From Phycisphaerae bacterium (GTDB taxonomy: Bacteria; Planctomycetota; Phycisphaerae; UBA1845): a stretch of 64,000 nucleotides of DNA. The stretch lies in assembly GCA_035344155.1 (NCBI GenBank), contig DAORAL010000012.1:19470-83469 (forward strand). The letters run 5' to 3'. The position numbers were made by a program, and so were the translations under genes. Shown here piece by piece: positions 63,241-64,000 of the stretch. Under the pieces are notes generated by a model. It made no database searches. It was not told the DNA's origin and saw only the letters and a program-made list of their open reading frames with translations. Position 1 is the first letter of the stretch, and each line of letters begins with the position of its first letter.

Positions 63241-64000
63241 ATGACCGACGCGGAACCAAAAAAAGACAACACCATCACCGGGACGTTTGAACCGTCTGGT
63301 GAGCGGGGGGGCGGTTTCATTCGTCTCGCCAAATCAAATTACCGCATGATGAGCACCGATCCGTTTGTGCCTGAGAAGATGCGGGCGGAGCTGCAACTGC
63401 GCGGCGGCGAAACGATCATCGGTGAAGCCGCCGTCTCCAAGAACAACAACCGCCCGCGCCAGAACAAAGGTCGCAATCAACGCAACGGACGCGGTCGAAA
63501 CCCTCGCGATCGGGGCGGCAGTCAGGACGCCCAGCCGGCATCCAAACTCCAACTCAAGAGCGTTGCGACGATCAACGGCAAAGTCTTTGAAGACTACGCC
63601 AGCGTTTCACCGTTCGAAGACCTCACCGCGATCAACCCCCAGGAGCAGTTGAAGTTCTCGACACCTGGCGGACCGTCGTCGATGCGTGTCGTTGACTTGA
63701 TGGCTCCAATCGGTCTCGGTCAGCGCGGTTTGATTGTCGCGCCGCCGCGAACCGGCAAGACGGTCTTGCTTCAGCAGATGGCCCACGGTATCGCGACCAA
63801 TCACCCCGACATTTACATGATGGTGCTGCTGATCGACGAACGTCCGGAAGAAGTCACCGAAATGCGTCGTACGGTCAATGGCGAAGTCATCGCGAGCAGC
63901 AACGACGAAAACGTCGCGAACCACATTCGCCTCGCCCGGTTGATGACGGCCAAGGCCAAGCGCCACGTCGAGATGGGAGAAAATGTTGTGATCCTCCTCG
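63241..64000 (+). CDS. rho: Transcription termination factor Rho, 5' part (runs off the right edge)
   Basis: CSD-like RNA-binding region GGGFIRLAKSNYRMMSTDPFVPEKMRAELQLRGGETIIGE, Walker A GLIVAPPRTGKTVLLQQMAHGIA and MVLLIDERPEEVTEM. It is not in the track because it is open-ended. An in-frame TGA at 63232-63234 fixes ATG 63241 as the earliest start. Confidence 0.92.
   Translation, partial: MTDAEPKKDNTITGTFEPSGERGGGFIRLAKSNYRMMSTDPFVPEKMRAELQLRGGETIIGEAAVSKNNNRPRQNKGRNQRNGRGRNPRDRGGSQDAQPASKLQLKSVATINGKVFEDYASVSPFEDLTAINPQEQLKFSTPGGPSSMRVVDLMAPIGLGQRGLIVAPPRTGKTVLLQQMAHGIATNHPDIYMMVLLIDERPEEVTEMRRTVNGEVIASSNDENVANHIRLARLMTAKAKRHVEMGENVVILL

Noticed and set aside
1-64000. A whole-window look for CRISPR arrays, rRNA/tRNA/tmRNA/RNase P/SRP RNA, transposases, integrases, phage genes or toxin-antitoxin pairs.
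   Set aside because: I recognised none by eye. The only repeats found are the two palindromic intergenic families and in-frame coding repeats. A covariance-model or HMM scan would be needed to exclude small RNAs.

Overview
This is a 64-kb bacterial chromosomal segment, roughly 55-58% G+C by eye. The gene content suggests a planctomycete-like organism: futalosine-pathway menaquinone genes, a PEP-CTERM protein, several GT-C/TPR membrane glycosyltransferase-like proteins, an HDOD protein, Ni-SOD, and many lipoproteins with disordered tails. That taxonomic call is inference only.

The core (11.1-35.5 kb, + strand) is one tightly packed 27-gene flagellar super-operon: flgB-flgC-fliE-fliF-fliG-fliH-fliI-fliJ-(ylxF-like)-fliK-flgD-flgE-flbD-motA-motB-fliL-fliN-fliO-fliP-fliQ-fliR-flhB-flhA-flhF-flhG-(2-TM ORF)-fliA. 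It is preceded on the same strand by a membrane-anchored TPR protein, a FlgN-like ORF, a sensor-less histidine kinase and a sigma-54-dependent response regulator.

The flanks are mostly housekeeping or envelope genes:
- Left of the operon: prfB (split by the classical +1 frameshift), a tandem-cyclophilin lipoprotein, purB and pyrE.
- 35-45 kb: dapF, HDOD and HD proteins, mqnA plus an MqnC/E-type radical SAM enzyme, and an NSS transporter with a small partner ORF.
- 45-64 kb: sodN (Ni-SOD), a PEP-CTERM protein, a Dus enzyme, a three-gene envelope set (lipoprotein / TPR lipoprotein with a ~460-aa disordered tail / DUF4139-like protein), tpx, four GT-C-like membrane proteins and the 5' part of rho.

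The most unusual observations are:
1. fliM is absent from its canonical slot, and the FliN protein carries three tandem CheY-binding-type (S-Q-x-[DE]-I-D-A-[LA]) motifs.
2. Two families of stop-codon-abutting palindromic intergenic repeats are present.
3. Several uncharacterised ORFs are embedded in or bracket the flagellar operon.
4. Ni-SOD has a Sec-signal-like leader.
5. Rho lacks the N-terminal helical domain and carries an R/N/G-rich insertion.

I recognised no rRNA, tRNA, CRISPR array, transposase or integrase. Many long antisense ORFs in the track are GC-driven shadow ORFs.
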